Shown: in pieces, positions 63,956 through 64,000 of the stretch
Layout: every line of letters starts with the position of its first letter
Numbering within the stretch: position 1 is the first letter of the stretch
Translations under genes and position numbers: made by a program
Notes under the pieces: generated by a model
Told to the model about the DNA's origin: nothing
Databases searched by the model: none
Seen by the model: only the letters and a program-made list of their open reading frames with translations
IMG/VR virus record: IMGVR_UViG_3300043428_000060
DNA: 64,000 nucleotides
Strand: one strand, 5' to 3'
From: an uncultured virus (IMG/VR IMGVR_UViG_3300043428_000060)
Lineage: Duplodnaviria > Heunggongvirae > Uroviricota > Caudoviricetes

Positions 63956-64000
63956 TTTTTTCGTAACCAAAATGTTGCACCGGAACACGGTGTATAGCAT

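Larger units (their letters stand above)
62617..63999 (+). repeat. GTATAGCA short direct repeats
   Basis: Copies at 62617, 62915, 62926, 62939, 63992, all intergenic. Confidence 0.75.

Overview
AT-rich dsDNA phage sequence, most likely an almost complete, circularly permuted podovirus genome of a Bacteroidetes (Flavobacteriia-like) host. The host assignment is an inference from SD-less A-rich leaders and the gene families present. The + arm (62.6-64 kb, continuing at 1-22 kb) carries small early genes behind ten copies of a 43-bp non-host promoter motif, a tRNA(CAT), a repeat-delimited cassette array, a sigma-70-family factor, ERF, exonuclease, SSB, a T7-type primase-helicase, thyA, MazG, endonuclease I, nrdB/nrdA and a 2OG-Fe(II) oxygenase. 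No DNA or RNA polymerase is visible. The - arm (62.2 to 22.1 kb) carries tail fibres, lysis genes, GroEL/GroES, terminase, portal, scaffold, capsid, tail and ejection proteins. Most notable: the 2344-aa ejection-type protein looks like a polyprotein (HExxH zincin peptidase, sigma-70 region-2-like module, PD-(D/E)XK nuclease module, separated by K[FM]SK linkers), and the genome has two distinct phage promoter classes. Together these suggest an injected-sigma to encoded-sigma transcription cascade. Also notable: three ~46-bp dyad sites, one covering the start codon of an HTH gene; endonuclease VII genes that appear to carry recoded replacement 5' ends of their target genes; and a TTTAAAAACAAATAA-bounded mini-gene array. 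All domain calls are by eye, without database searches.
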